60,245 nucleotides of DNA from Heterodontus francisci (lineage: Eukaryota), in the NCBI RefSeq assembly GCF_036365525.1, contig NC_090379.1:43447123-43507367 (forward strand), written 5' to 3'. The notes under the pieces are model-generated. The model saw nothing but the letters and a program-made list of their open reading frames with translations. It was not told the origin of the DNA and ran no database searches. The translations under genes and the position numbers were made by a program. Below, one piece after another: positions 12,496-24,032 of this stretch (positions within the stretch are counted from its first letter, which is position 1; each line of letters starts with the position of its first letter).

Positions 12496-13502
12496 GTAAT
12501 ATTCATATCATAAATATTATACAAAGTATGACAGATTCACATGTCAAATTAATGCATAGATAATTATTCACTTTTAATCACCAATTAGCGTGTGTTTCAA
12601 CTTCACACGTATTTGTTAATACAGCTCACTCAAATTCAGGGACAATTTCTATCCAGTTTACAGTATAATCCTACCAGAACTGGCTCTTCAAGAGAAAAAA
12701 GTTAAAAATAAACCAAAGCTTGAAGGGATGGTTCGTCTATTAGCAAATTTCAGTGAAGCTTGTTTCCGTGCAGGCTGAAATATTTTACAAACGTTGCATT
12801 GACGCTACCATGGATAGTCTGAAGATGCTATGTCCAACATCCAATGTGGCATCAACTTTTTCCATTTTTATTAAAGCTATTTCAGACGATAATTAGGAAT
12901 AAATGTGGTCAGTGATGCACTAATGCAGTTAGATTAGGATTCATATCAAGGTTTCTTCTCTGCATTCAAATATAACAAGTCTAATAAAATCAATTTACTT
13001 ACACATTGCAGAGGATCCAGGCTGGAAGGAGGGCTCTGAAGAATACTTGCCTTTCCCTAATTACTCTGTAGATCTGTGCGTTGCCTACTTTGGTACTGAG
13101 CTGTACAGATGGAGGTGGTCATGATTCAATCCTTGGTCAGTGCTAGATTAGCAGTGTCTCAGTTGGCAAGGGGATGAGAGAAAGAAAATCAAGTCAGAGC
13201 TCCTGATCACTATTCTGAACCATGTGTGTGTCCCAGTGAGAGCAGAATCAAGGGCACTTGCGATGCATCCATATGGACAAAGTTTTAGATCAATGAATAC
13301 AAACATAAGTTGCAATCATAAAGTTTCAATATTCTTGCATAAAGTCAGAAAATTGAAATGCCTCAATTCTGCCACAAATTTTGGATTGACTGTAAAAATA
13401 GCAGGCCAACCAACAGGATAGAACTGACCTAAAATTGATATGAAATCTGATAGTAATCTGTTAAATGTATTTTATTTATTGTGCCAAATACGAATATATC
13501 AG

Positions 13503-14450
13503 AATAAAAGCAAAATACTGCAGATGCTGGAAATCTGAAATAAAAACAGAAAAGTGCTGGACAAACTCAACAGGTCTGGCAGCATCTGTGGAGAGAGAAG
13601 CAGAGTTAACGTTTCAGGTCAGTGACCCTTCTTCAGAACTGGCAGATATAAGAAATGTAAAAGATTTTAAGCAAGTAAAGCGGCGGTGGGGCAAGAGATG
13701 ACAAAAGAGAAGGTATAGATAGGACAAGGTCACAGAATAGCTGACCAGAAGGTCATGGAGCAAAGGCAAACTATATGTTGATAGTGTGCTGAAAGACAAA
13801 GCATTAATACAGGTAGGGTGTTAATGGACAGAAAACTGAACAGCCATAAACACAAACATGAACATGAACAAAAACACTGGGTAGGCACAGTAGAAACAAA
13901 CCGAACAAACTAAAATAAAATAAACACAAAAAGTAAAAGAAAAAATAACTAAAGATAAAAGTAAAATGAGGGGCCCGTCACACTCTGAAATTATTGAACT
14001 CAATGTTCAGTCCGGCAGGCTGCAGCATGCCTAATCGGTAAATGAGATGCTGTTCCTCGAGCTTGCGTTGATGTTCACTGGAACACTTCAGCAATCCCAG
14101 GACGGAGATGTAAGCATCAGAGCAGGGGAGTGTGTTGAAATGGCCAGCAATCAGAAGCTCGGGGCCATGCTTTTGTACTGAGCGGAGGTGTTCCGCAAAG
14201 TGGTCACCCAGTCTCCGTTTGGTCTCCCCAATGTGGAGGAGACCACATTGTGAGCAGCGAATACAGTATACTACATTGAAAGAAGTACAAGTAAATCGCT
14301 GCTTCACCTGAAAGGAGTGTTTGGGGCCTTGGATAGTGAGGAGAAAGGAGGTAAGTGGGCAGGTATTACACCTCCTGCACTTGCAGGGGAAGGGAACGAG
14401 GTGGTGGGGGTAATGGAGGAGTGGACCAGGGTGACACAGAGGGAACGATC
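13503..14450 (-). mobile_element. Penelope-like element (GIY-YIG endonuclease end + pLTR)
   Basis: ORF 13978..14307: FTCTSFNVVYCIRCSQCGLLHIGETKRRLGDHFAEH...PAGLNIEF; pLTR unit at 13503-13645. Confidence 0.88.
13604..13640 (-). ncRNA. Minimal hammerhead ribozyme motif in Penelope pLTR
   Basis: agtt-CUGAAGA-(a)gggucACUgaccu-GAAA-cg-uu-aacu; helix I agtt/aact; palindromic AACGUU. Confidence 0.6.
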
Positions 14451-14574
14451 AGGTTGCGAGGGACTGGATCAATCCTAAAAACTGTGAATTTAATTTTCCC
14501 AATATAAATGCAGCACTTTTCATCTCAAAAATGTTCAGTGGTTAAAAAATAGCATCGGAATTTTTTTTTAAAAA

Positions 14575-16745
14575 TTCATTCATGGGATGTGGGCGTCGCT
14601 GGCCAGACCAGCATTTATTGCCTATCCCAAATTGCCCTTGAGAAGGTGGTGGTGAGTTGCCTTCTTGAACCGCTACAGTCCATGTTGGGTAGGTACACCC
14701 ACAGTGCTGTTAGGAAGGGAGTTCCAGGACTTTGACCCAGCAACAGCGAAGGAACGGCAATATAGTTCCAAGTCAAGATGGTGTGGCTTGGAAAGGAACT
14801 TGCAGGTGGTGGTGTCCCCATGCATTTGTTGCCCTTGTCCTTCTAGTTGGTAGAGGTCGCGGGTTTGGAAGGTGCTGTCTAAGGAGCCTTGGTGCGTTGC
14901 TGCAGTGCATCTTGTAGATGGTACACACTGCTGCCACTGTGGTGGAGGGAGTGAATGTTTGTAGATGGGGTGCCAAACAAGCAGGCTGCATTTGTCCTGG
15001 ATGGTGTTGAGCGTCTTGAGTGTTGTTGGAGCTGCACCCATCCAGGCAAGTGGAGAGTATTCCATCACACTTCTCACTTGTGCCTTGTAGATGGTGGACA
15101 GGCTTTGGGGAGTCAGGAGGTGAGTTACTTGCCACAGGATTCCTACCTAGCCTCTGACCTGCTCTTGTAGCCACGGTATTCATATGGCTACTCCAGTGCA
15201 GTTTCTGGTCAATGGTAGCCCCTAGGATGTCGATAGTAGGGGATTCAGCAATGGTAACGCCGTTGAATATCAAGGGGAAATGTTAGATTCTCTCTTGTTG
15301 GAGATGGTCATTGCCTGGCACTTGTGTGGCGCAAATGTTACTTGCCACTTATCAGCTCAAGCCTGGATATTGTCCAAGTATTGTTGCATTTCTACAGGGA
15401 CTGCTTCAATATCTGAGGAGTCACGAATGGTGCTGAACATTGTGCAATCATCAGTGAACATCCCCACTTCTGACCTTATGATTGAAGGAAGGTCATTGAT
15501 GAAACAACTGAAGATGGTTGGGCCTAGAACACTACCCTGAGGAACTCCTGCAGTGATGTCCTGGAGCTCAGATGATTGACCTCCAACAACCACAACCATC
15601 TTCCTTTGTGCTAGGTATGACTCCAGCCAGCAGAGAATTTTCCCCCTATTGCCATTGACCTCAGTTTTGCTAGGGTTCCTTGATGCCATACTCGGTCAAC
15701 TGCTGCCTTGATTTCAAGGGCAGTCACTCTCACATCACCTCTTGAGTTCAGCTCTTTTGTGCATGTTTGAACCAAGGCTGTAATGAGGTCAGGAGCTGAG
15801 TGGCCCTGGCAGAACCCAAACTGAGCTTCCCTGAGCAGGTTATTGCTAAGCAAGTGCCGCTTGATGGCACAGTTGATGACACCTTCCATCACTTTACTGA
15901 TGATTGAGAGTAGGCTGATGGGGCGGTAATTGGCCGGGTTGGACCTGTCCTGCTTTGTGTGTACAGGACATACCTGGGCAATTTTCCACATTGCAGGGTA
16001 GATGCCAGTGTTGTAGCTGTACTGGAACAGCTTGGCTAGGGGCGCGGCAAGTTCTGGAGCACAGGTCTTCAGTACTATTGCTGGAATATTGTCAGGATCC
16101 AGAGCCTTTGCAGTATCCAGTGCCTTCTGTCGTTTCTTGATATCATGCGGAGTGAATCGAATTGGCTGAAGTCTGGCATCTGTGATGCTGGGGACTTCAG
16201 GAGGAGGCTGATCTGGATCATCAACTCGGCACATCTGGCTAAAGATTGTTGCAAATGCTTCAGCTTTATCTTTCGCACTGATGCGCCGGGCTCCCCCATC
16301 ATTGAGGATAGGGATATTTGTGGAGCCACATCCTCCAGTTAGTTGTTTAATTGTCCACCACCATTCACGACTGGATGTGGCAGGACTGCAGAGCTTAGAT
16401 CTGATCTGTTGGTTATGGGATTGCTTAGCTCTGTCTTGCTGCTTACGCAGTTTGGCACGCAGATAGTCCTGTGTTGTAGCTTCACCAGGTTGACCCCTCA
16501 TTTTGAGGTATGCCTGGTGCTGCTCCTGGCATGCGCTCCTGCACTCTTCATTGAACCAGGGTTGGTCTCCTGGCTTGATGGTAATGGTAGAGTGGGGGAT
16601 ATGCTGGGCCATGAGGTTATAGATTGTGGTTGAGTAAAATTCTGCTGCTGCTGATGGCCCACAGCGCCACATCGTTGCCGAGTTTTGCATTGCTAGATCT
16701 GTTCGAAATCTATCCCATTTAGCACGGTGGTAGTGCCACACAACA
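14575..16745 (-). mobile_element. Second LINE family (CR1/L2-group), ~2.2 kb 3' part of ORF2 with RT, frameshifted
   Basis: ORFs 15611..16741 (WKIAQVCPVH, NYRPISLLS, QFGF), 15357..15689 (GVPQGSVLGP, FTDD) and 14773..15273. Confidence 0.92.
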
Positions 16746-17288
16746 CAACACGAGGTTGAAAATGTATAGAATACTTTTCAGACTCTAGTTCAGATAAGCT
16801 ACAATCATATTTGGACATGTGATGCTGGTATCCTGGAGAATGGGGCATTTTTGCCATCTGAAAAAAAGCCCTTATTTCCACTAACAGTTTTGAGCATTCC
16901 TTTCCCATCATAGCAACATTTTCAGATATTTCCAGTGTAATTCTTGCAGTAAATTGAAAGGTGTGTCACACAGGTGCGCTGCCAACTATATAGAACATAA
17001 CAGATATAAGTTTCATAAATTCTGATAAGAGAAACCTTCAGGAGTAAAATAAGTCAGTTCTTAAAAAGAGATATAATTGTAAATTTTAGTTTGGCATCAA
17101 GCTTTGAAAAAAGAGGAGTCATCAATAACACGCATACAACTAAACTCAGACAGATATTTTATGTTTAATTCATGAAAAAGCATCTATATATACAAATAAA
17201 ACAAGGAATTATCAGACATTTTAAAGACGTTAATGTGCAAATATAGGTCTTCGGTGTCCAGACTTTTCCAACTTTTAAAAATTCATAA

Positions 17289-17307
17289 TCAAAGATTCTG
17301 AAGTTTA
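17289..17307 (-). CDS. POLE2: POLE2 exon 19, terminal coding part (SKLQNL*)
   Basis: Acceptor tttcttccctttcag|T; TGA at 17291-17289; matches human SKLQGF* as recalled. CDS total 1581 nt. Confidence 0.88.
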
Positions 17308-17749
17308 CTGAAAGGGAAGAAAAATACAATCAGCATTTTTTCAAAATTAGTTGAAACTAATCTCTAGATAGATTTCAATGCAATCATAAGATAAAACTGA
17401 GGCATCTCTGAAAACAACTTCTTTACATTACACATACTTTCAATGTCAAAAAATCAGTAGTCAGAGCTGTGAATACGTTTAAACAGACTCTTGAATGAAT
17501 CCCTAAAATTAATATATTCAGTTAATGTGGAAAATTATATTTTTTCCTCCCTATCTCCAAATTCATCCTGGGGTACACTTGTAGAAGTGCACTTGATTAG
17601 CTAAATGAGTAGTCATTCTTTATTTGAGAGTCTAGATGAAGCTTGTTGGCAGGTTTTTTTAAGCACAAAGGCCATTACTACCAAACCTAATTCTGTAACA
17701 AACGTAGATGCTGGAAATGTGAAATAAAAACTCATTTGTGCTACTCTGC

Positions 17750-18500
17750 AGTAGCATCATTGTGGTGATCGCCACTAACAGGCTGCTGTCATCAAGCCAA
17801 AAAGATATTCTGTCTGCCTATCACACAAATGAGTAATGCGATATATGAATTTCAATGCCAGTGTGATGCTAGGTATATAGGCTGTACGTCCCAAAGACTG
17901 GCAGATCGTATCAAACAAGTCCCTTCCACTATTTACAATGGGCAAGGTACAGGCCGTACCCAAACAGCCCATGCTTGCAAAACTCAAGACACAGTGTCCA
18001 ACATTAGATGTGATTCCGCGATTGGACAACATTTGCTAAATAATCCTCAGTGTGCTAAGAATTACGCTGACAACCAATTTAAGATCGTCATTCTGGCTTG
18101 CAGTGTGGCGCATTTGCGTGTACTGGAAGCTACATATATTAACACACAGGGCCCTGTTCTTTGCAGACAGAAAGAATATGTACACACATTGCGCCTGTTT
18201 CAGCTAAACAAAATAAGTGATAGCCATTCACTGGTTCATTCCTCAGGGCAATGCCTTGACCAGAGTCAAGCTGCCTGGTTTAAATTTCAAACAAAGTTTG
18301 GCAGTTAATTGTCAAGTCACCATAAACTGGTGCATTCCCCATGGCAACACCTCTACTAATCTGAGTTCACTTGTCAACCAATCAGCACTCTCTTCTCATA
18401 CAGTATAAATTTGTTGCTTTCCCTTACATTAGTATTCTTGCGAATTGTCCTGATGAATGCAAGATGAAAAGCTTCGACAAAATGTCTGTTTTCAGCAATA
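17750..18500 (+). mobile_element. Second Penelope-like family, GIY-YIG 3' end + 3' UTR/pLTR
   Basis: ORF 17829..18308: SNAIYEFQCQCDARYIGCTSQRLADRIKQ...SAIGQHLLNNPQC...LEATYI...PVLCRQKE; hammerhead motif at the 3' end. Confidence 0.85.
18445..18480 (+). ncRNA. Minimal type I hammerhead ribozyme
   Basis: uuguc-CUGAUGA-augcaagau-GAAA-agcu-UC-gacaa: 5-bp helix I, intact core, palindromic AAGCUU. Predicted cleavage after 18475. Confidence 0.72.
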
Positions 18501-18661
18501 CTCAATCCAAGTTTCCTTTTCATAGATTCCTGCATATCTAACTGTACAAAACCTTCCTGCACTGTTGCAACTAATTATAGTGGTCCAAGTTAGTAAAAAA
18601 TGAAAATTAATGTTTCTATATTAAATTATAATGTAAGCTCTATACAGTGTTTCTATATTAC

Positions 18662-18729
18662 CTGTCCTCCACAGTTCTATTTGAGGGATAGTACACCTTG
18701 AAGCAGAATCCACTACGTGGAAATGAGCC
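18662..18729 (-). CDS. POLE2: POLE2 exon 18 (GSFPRSGFCFKVYYPSNRTVED)
   Basis: ag/gt bounded, 68 nt. Confidence 0.95.
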
Positions 18730-19480
18730 CTAAAACAAAGTAAGACTTTAATTAAAAGATGTACAATTGTATAAAATGAGTCCACACATGCACACATAGT
18801 TATTACAAGTTAATGGTACATTAAACTATGATTTTAAACATACTGATGACTAAAAGGTAAATATGGGAAACATTTTAATCCTACACATCAAAATCAAATA
18901 ATTGATCACTTTCAGATTTCATTGTTTCCTTTTCTATGTCTTACATCATTCCTCAGATCTGTTTCCAGACATCATGCTTAACCTGATGCCAGGTTTGTGA
19001 AATACCTAATCTTTCATCTTCTAATTTTCCCTTCCGTTATGGGGAAGCTCGTAGCCTCCATATACAATGCTGTTGTGACTGAAAACTCACTGAAAGGAAT
19101 GAAGACATAAAGCCGTGTCTGACCACACTTGGTTGTTTTCTGCCCCTAAACCTAATAGTTTCTTGAAAATATAACAATTATTTCAAAGCACTGTCAGCAG
19201 AGCAAAAACAAAAAAAAAATGAAAAGCAGAATTAAGAAAGAAAACATGCATTGCAAATGGCAATTGATTAAAGGTGAGCACTTTGAAAGAAACTGCAACC
19301 ATTTTTGTGAAATAAGTACACGCTCAACAGTAACTAAATTTCAGTAACAATGAATTATGAAAACTTGCTAAAGTTATTGGAAACAAATTTGAACATCTTA
19401 AAAGAGGTATACTGATTAGTTATTTTTCTAACATTAATTCAGTTTATATTGCTAAAAGAATTTTATGCAGTGCTTCTTAC

Positions 19481-19657
19481 AGGATTGATACAGACACAGT
19501 CTGTTTGGATGATGTTGAATGGATCATATTTGTCAGCAAAGACAATCAGGTCTGGTACTGGGTACACACGAAGAGCATAATCATAGGCCCAGTAAACTGG
19601 ACTGACGAACAGTGGCAGTGGTGTTAGATGGCCTTGCGCTATGATGGTCTTCACAAA
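19481..19657 (-). CDS. POLE2: POLE2 exon 17 ([16 protein letters not shown]...CVCINP)
   Basis: ag/gt bounded, 177 nt; overlaps ORF 19463..19654. Confidence 0.96.
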
Positions 19658-20033
19658 CTACCATGAAATTTGAAAGAAAAATATTGGTGAAGTTAATCTT
19701 TTACTGACTCAGAAAACCCTTAAAATGACTTAATTCAAATGACTGATAGGAAAAAGAACTGTTATATTTTGACTCATTAGTAGACCCAAATACTTAAGAG
19801 ATCCTCATTCAGCCAACAGAAGACTAGATTCTCCTCCCAAGAGTAATGAATCTCAAATGCGGCTTTGAAACTGTTTTTACTTTGCATTTAAAAAAGTACC
19901 AGTACTTAAAGATTGAGTAAGTAGATAAAGGCACAAAAAAGCCAAGATCAGATTAGGTTTTATGAGCAGGGATTATTGGGCAACAGTTTTAACTGAATGT
20001 CAAGAGATGTGGATGGAAAAGGTTACTCAGAGA

Positions 20034-20402
20034 TACAGGCCTGCTACCCAACCCGAACCCGCCGGGACCCGATGACTTGTGTCGGGTTCAGGTCGGGTCG
20101 GGCCAGGTCAGGTCGGGCTGGACACGCACGATAAGTGCTCTGCTGGTAAGTATTAAAAATAAAAAATAAAAACTTACCTGAGCTGGGAGTCCGGGATGAA
20201 ACTGAGTCTGTGCAGTGAGCAAGTGACGTCACTATGACGTCTCGCGCATGCGCTGCAGTTTCTTGCAGGTTCGATGTCAGGAACGTAAGTAAAGGGATGG
20301 TCGGGTCGGGCTAAAGTCAAGCCGACTTGTGGCGGGTTAAGGTCGGGTCGGGCCTGTTGTGGTCCGGTTGGGTTCTTTTTCCCGACCTAAAGCAGGCCTC
20401 TA
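20034..20402. mobile_element. hAT-superfamily MITE (369 bp)
   Basis: TIR TACAGGCCTGCT / AGCAGGCCTCTA (11/12); 8-bp TSD CTCAGAGA/CTCAGAGG; many subterminal CCCGA/TCGGG repeats. Confidence 0.8.
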
Positions 20403-20997
20403 CTCAGAGGTACTGCAGCAGGTCTGAAAAATTCTCTGAAGAGACATGCTAGTTAAAATTGCTATGCTTTTTTTTTTTATTATCGTAACCATGTCAAAGA
20501 CCTTTTTTTAAAAAAAAAAATGTAGGTTTAAATAGTTAATCAATGTTTGGAACATCTGAACAGATGGTCCCGTATGAGAACAGATGGTAGAAACAAATAA
20601 GATTGTATGGAAATGCTGTTGGAAAGTGGTGAAGTCTTTGGCCATGTAAGTGGGATGGCTCCTAGAGTCAAATAGCCTTCACAATAAGGAAAGTAATCTT
20701 TGTGAAAGGCAACTGATGTTTACCAGTGCTAATTACAAGGACATTAACAAAGGAGGTGACACCTTCAGACAAGTGTGGTAAATTTAATGTATAGCGGAGA
20801 AACAAGACAGTTGCAGCAGAGCTGTTACAGCAGTAATAAGGGTATAAAGAGAGAGGGTATACACCTAGACAAGGAGCAAAGATGAATCCCCCACAGAAGA
20901 AACAAGCTGCAGTTGACATATGTTCTGGAACACAGATAGTCCCTGTATTCCATTGGTACAGTTGTTACATAACAGAAATGTAGCGCAGAGTTTTTCT

Positions 20998-21390
20998 TGA
21001 TTCGTTCATGGGATGCAGGCGTCGCTGGCTAAGCCAGCATTTATTACCCATCCCTATTTGCCTTTGAGAAACGGAGTGGCTTGCTACGGCCATTTCTGAG
21101 GGCACTAAAGAGTCAACCACATTGATGTAGGTCTGGAATCACATGTAGGCCAGACCAGGTAAGGATGGCAGATCTCCTTCCCTAAAGGACATTAGTGAAC
21201 CAGATGGGTTTTTACAACAATCGACAATAATTTCATGATCACCATTAGACTAGCATTTTAACTCCAGACTTATTAATTGAATTCAGATTTCACCATCTGC
21301 TGTAACGGGATTCGAACCCATCTCCCCAAAGCATTAGCCTGGGCCTCTGGGTTTCTGGTCCAGTGACATTAACACTACACCACCGTCTCC
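20998..21390 (-). mobile_element. tRNA-derived SINE sharing its 3' tail with the second LINE family (central domain possibly Meta-SINE type)
   Basis: A box TGGTGTAGTGTT, B box GGTTCGAATCC. The 3' ~70 nt match the LINE ends at 14575, 31135 and 48995. Confidence 0.8.
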
Positions 21391-21664
21391 TCTTACTGCT
21401 ATAGTCATTTTACTGGTACACTATCCTATATATTCCACATAATCCTATGTTAAAAAAAAACCCAAGTCTGTCATAAATAAATGTTAACTTGACTTCTAAA
21501 AATACAAGGAGCTGGGTCTAACTTGACAGAACTGAACATACAGTACATGTCATTTTAGTTAATGGGATATAAAGTACATACTGTAAAGGAGGCTATAATA
21601 AATCTGTATATGGCAGTGCTAACTCCATCATGCTGTGCGCAGTTTTGGGGAGCCTCGTTATGAA

Positions 21665-21765
21665 AAAGACTTGCATTTATATAGCACCTTTCACAACCAA
21701 AGTACTTTACAGCCACTGAAGTGTACTTTTGAAGTGTAGTCACTAATGTCATGTAGGAAATGAAA
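21665..21765 (-). mobile_element. Deu-SINE/L2-type 3' tail fragment
   Basis: acttgcatttatatagcacc...tgtagtcact is the reverse complement of the tail at 53490-53585. Confidence 0.6.
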
Positions 21766-21849
21766 GAATTATAGACAGAATATTAAAGCCATATACAGCA
21801 CAGATCCTGCAGGATGATTCTAAGGTTGAACAACTATGTTTATGAAAAT

Positions 21850-22180
21850 ATGCTCAGCGATTTTCATTGGAGCAGAGAAGACTCTGGGGAGATTTAATTT
21901 CCTATGGTTGGAAAGTCAGTGAAAGGGGTTATTAATTTAAAATAGCTACTAAGAGAACAAGAAGAAAGGTTAGGAAAAACATCTTTACACAGAATTGTTA
22001 AAGCATGGAATACTTTGCCACAGGGAACAGTTGAGCAGAGGCCATTGCATAGTTTGAAGCACAGGAACACACAGGCCTGTAAAGAGAAACTAGGACAGAG
22101 AGATTAGTCTCTGAATGCTGTATCAAAAAGCTGACATGGACATGTTGGACCAAATGGTCTCCTGCACTGTAAATTTCCAT
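21850..22180 (+). mobile_element. Degenerate CR1 3' end
   Basis: gactctggggagatttaat...ggaccaaatggtctcctgcactgtaa. Confidence 0.55.
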
Positions 22181-22553
22181 GGTTCTAAGTTGGTGCCAAC
22201 TGGTGGATCTCCATTTGGCAAAATTCCCAAATGAAAATATCTGCAGTAAAGTAGCAATCCTTAATGTTTCAACAGCATGCTGATGTCGACAACATTGCAT
22301 ACTGAAGGTAGTTTCTTGCTTCAGGACAAGAAGGATCACTTGGCAGCACACGGAACATTTCAGTAAGCCAGCGTATAGTGGCAAGTATAGTCTGTTCGAT
22401 CTCTGGGTAGCGCTTTTGTTACCCAGAAATAGGGCAAGTAAAGTGAAACACATGGGGGATACAAGGTCAGCCTACAGTAGTGACTGATGACAGTGAACCA
22501 GAGTAGACTAACTACTGTAAAATCCCAAAAAAAACAAATGAACAGTTACTCAC

Positions 22554-22662
22554 ATGGTTTGGAATATCCAAATTACTGCTAGGAAACCGAATACAATTTC
22601 TACACATCTTATTAACCAAATCCTCACGGAAAATGATGATCTCCTGTGTACAGTACTGAATC
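22554..22662 (-). CDS. POLE2: POLE2 exon 16 ([36 protein letters not shown])
   Basis: ag/gt bounded, 109 nt. Confidence 0.96.
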
Positions 22663-22772
22663 CTAACAGTAATAAGCACAGAACAACATTGTTAGCCTAC
22701 TTTGTTTGTACCAGAATATCTGCTCAATAAAACGACTAGAGAACCTTGAAATAAGTAATGCAGAAAGTTTAC

Positions 22773-22850
22773 CTGCAGGGATTTGTAGTAAATACAGAAA
22801 ATGGAACTCTCTTACAAAACTCTTCCGTAATATACTCAGCTAGTGGACAT
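22773..22850 (-). CDS. POLE2: POLE2 exon 15 ([25 protein letters not shown])
   Basis: ag/gt bounded, 78 nt. Confidence 0.95.
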
Positions 22851-23308
22851 CTTTTAACAAATGAAAGTAAGGTTATAAAATACTCTTCCATCAGCTGTCC
22901 ATAAAAACAATTTTATACAATTTCAAAGGTGATCGTGCTTCATGGTTCATTCATTTCAATAGCTTAAGGAGAATTTTAGTACTTAAATAAAAGCCACATT
23001 TTTAAAAATTGCTATCAGGAACGTTTCAAGTATGGAAAAAGCTATAATGCTTTTCATGGCCCTGCATAGAGAGGTAGATGGAACAAGAAGTCATGGAAGA
23101 CCAAGGACGCACTGGACAACGGCAAGAGTGATGTCGCCATAGAAATGGTTACAAATGACTGAAAATCGGTCCCATTGTCACTGTTGAGCTGATGGGTGGG
23201 AATTAGTTGCAGTTGTACTATTGGGAAACCAAGGCCTATGGCTCAGGACCCCATCAAGATTGAAAAAAAGAGCATAAGAGTAGAAGAACATCAAGAACTA
23301 GTGATTAC

Positions 23309-23368
23309 CTGGGTAAGATAGAACTGGGACCTGGATCTTCAGGACCAGGAACAAAAACAAAGCGACTG
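23309..23368 (-). CDS. POLE2: POLE2 exon 14 (SRFVFVPGPEDPGPSSILP)
   Basis: cag|CAG (NAGNAG) acceptor, gt donor, 60 nt. Confidence 0.95.
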
Positions 23369-23477
23369 CTGCAAAATTAGGGAAGAAAAATACTTAGATT
23401 CTGTTATTGACTATAACATAGAATTTCTACAGTACTTTTTGAAAGCACAAATTTATTTTAAAAGAAGCGCATGATGT

Positions 23478-24032
23478 AATAATAAATGGGAGGATACCGA
23501 GAGGTGTAGATGAAGTGAGGGACCTTGAAGTGAATGTGCAAAGATCCCTGAAGGTAGCAGGACAGTATCGATAAAGGTGGTTAAGAAGTCATAGGAAATC
23601 CTTTCCTTTATTAGCCGAGGCATAGAATATGTGTAGGGAGGTTATGCTGGAACTAAATAAAACATTAGTTAGGCCACAGCTTGAGTACTGTGTGCACCTC
23701 TAGTCACCTCATTACAGAAAGGATATAATTGCACTACAGAGGGTACAGAGGAGATTTACAAGGATGTTGCCAAGACTGGAAAATTGCAGCTATGAGGAAA
23801 GATTGGATAGGCTGGGGTTGTTCTCCTTGGACAGAGTAGGCTGAGGGGAGATTTGATTGAGATGTACAAAATTGTGAGGGGCCTGGACAGAGTGGATGCA
23901 AAGGGCCTATTGGATGTGCAAGGCTACAGATCAAATGCTGGAAAGTGGGATTAGGCTAGGTTTTTCTTTCCAGCCGGCGCTGACACGATGGGCCAAGTGG
24001 CCTCTTTCTGTGCCATAAACTTTTTATGATTC
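23478..24032 (+). mobile_element. CR1 LINE 3' fragment
   Basis: Clear similarity to 10660-11100 plus tail. Confidence 0.85.

Noticed and set aside
15357-16741. RT ORFs as an active or domesticated reverse transcriptase gene
   Set aside because: 5'-truncated, frameshifted, and one of four decayed copies in the window.
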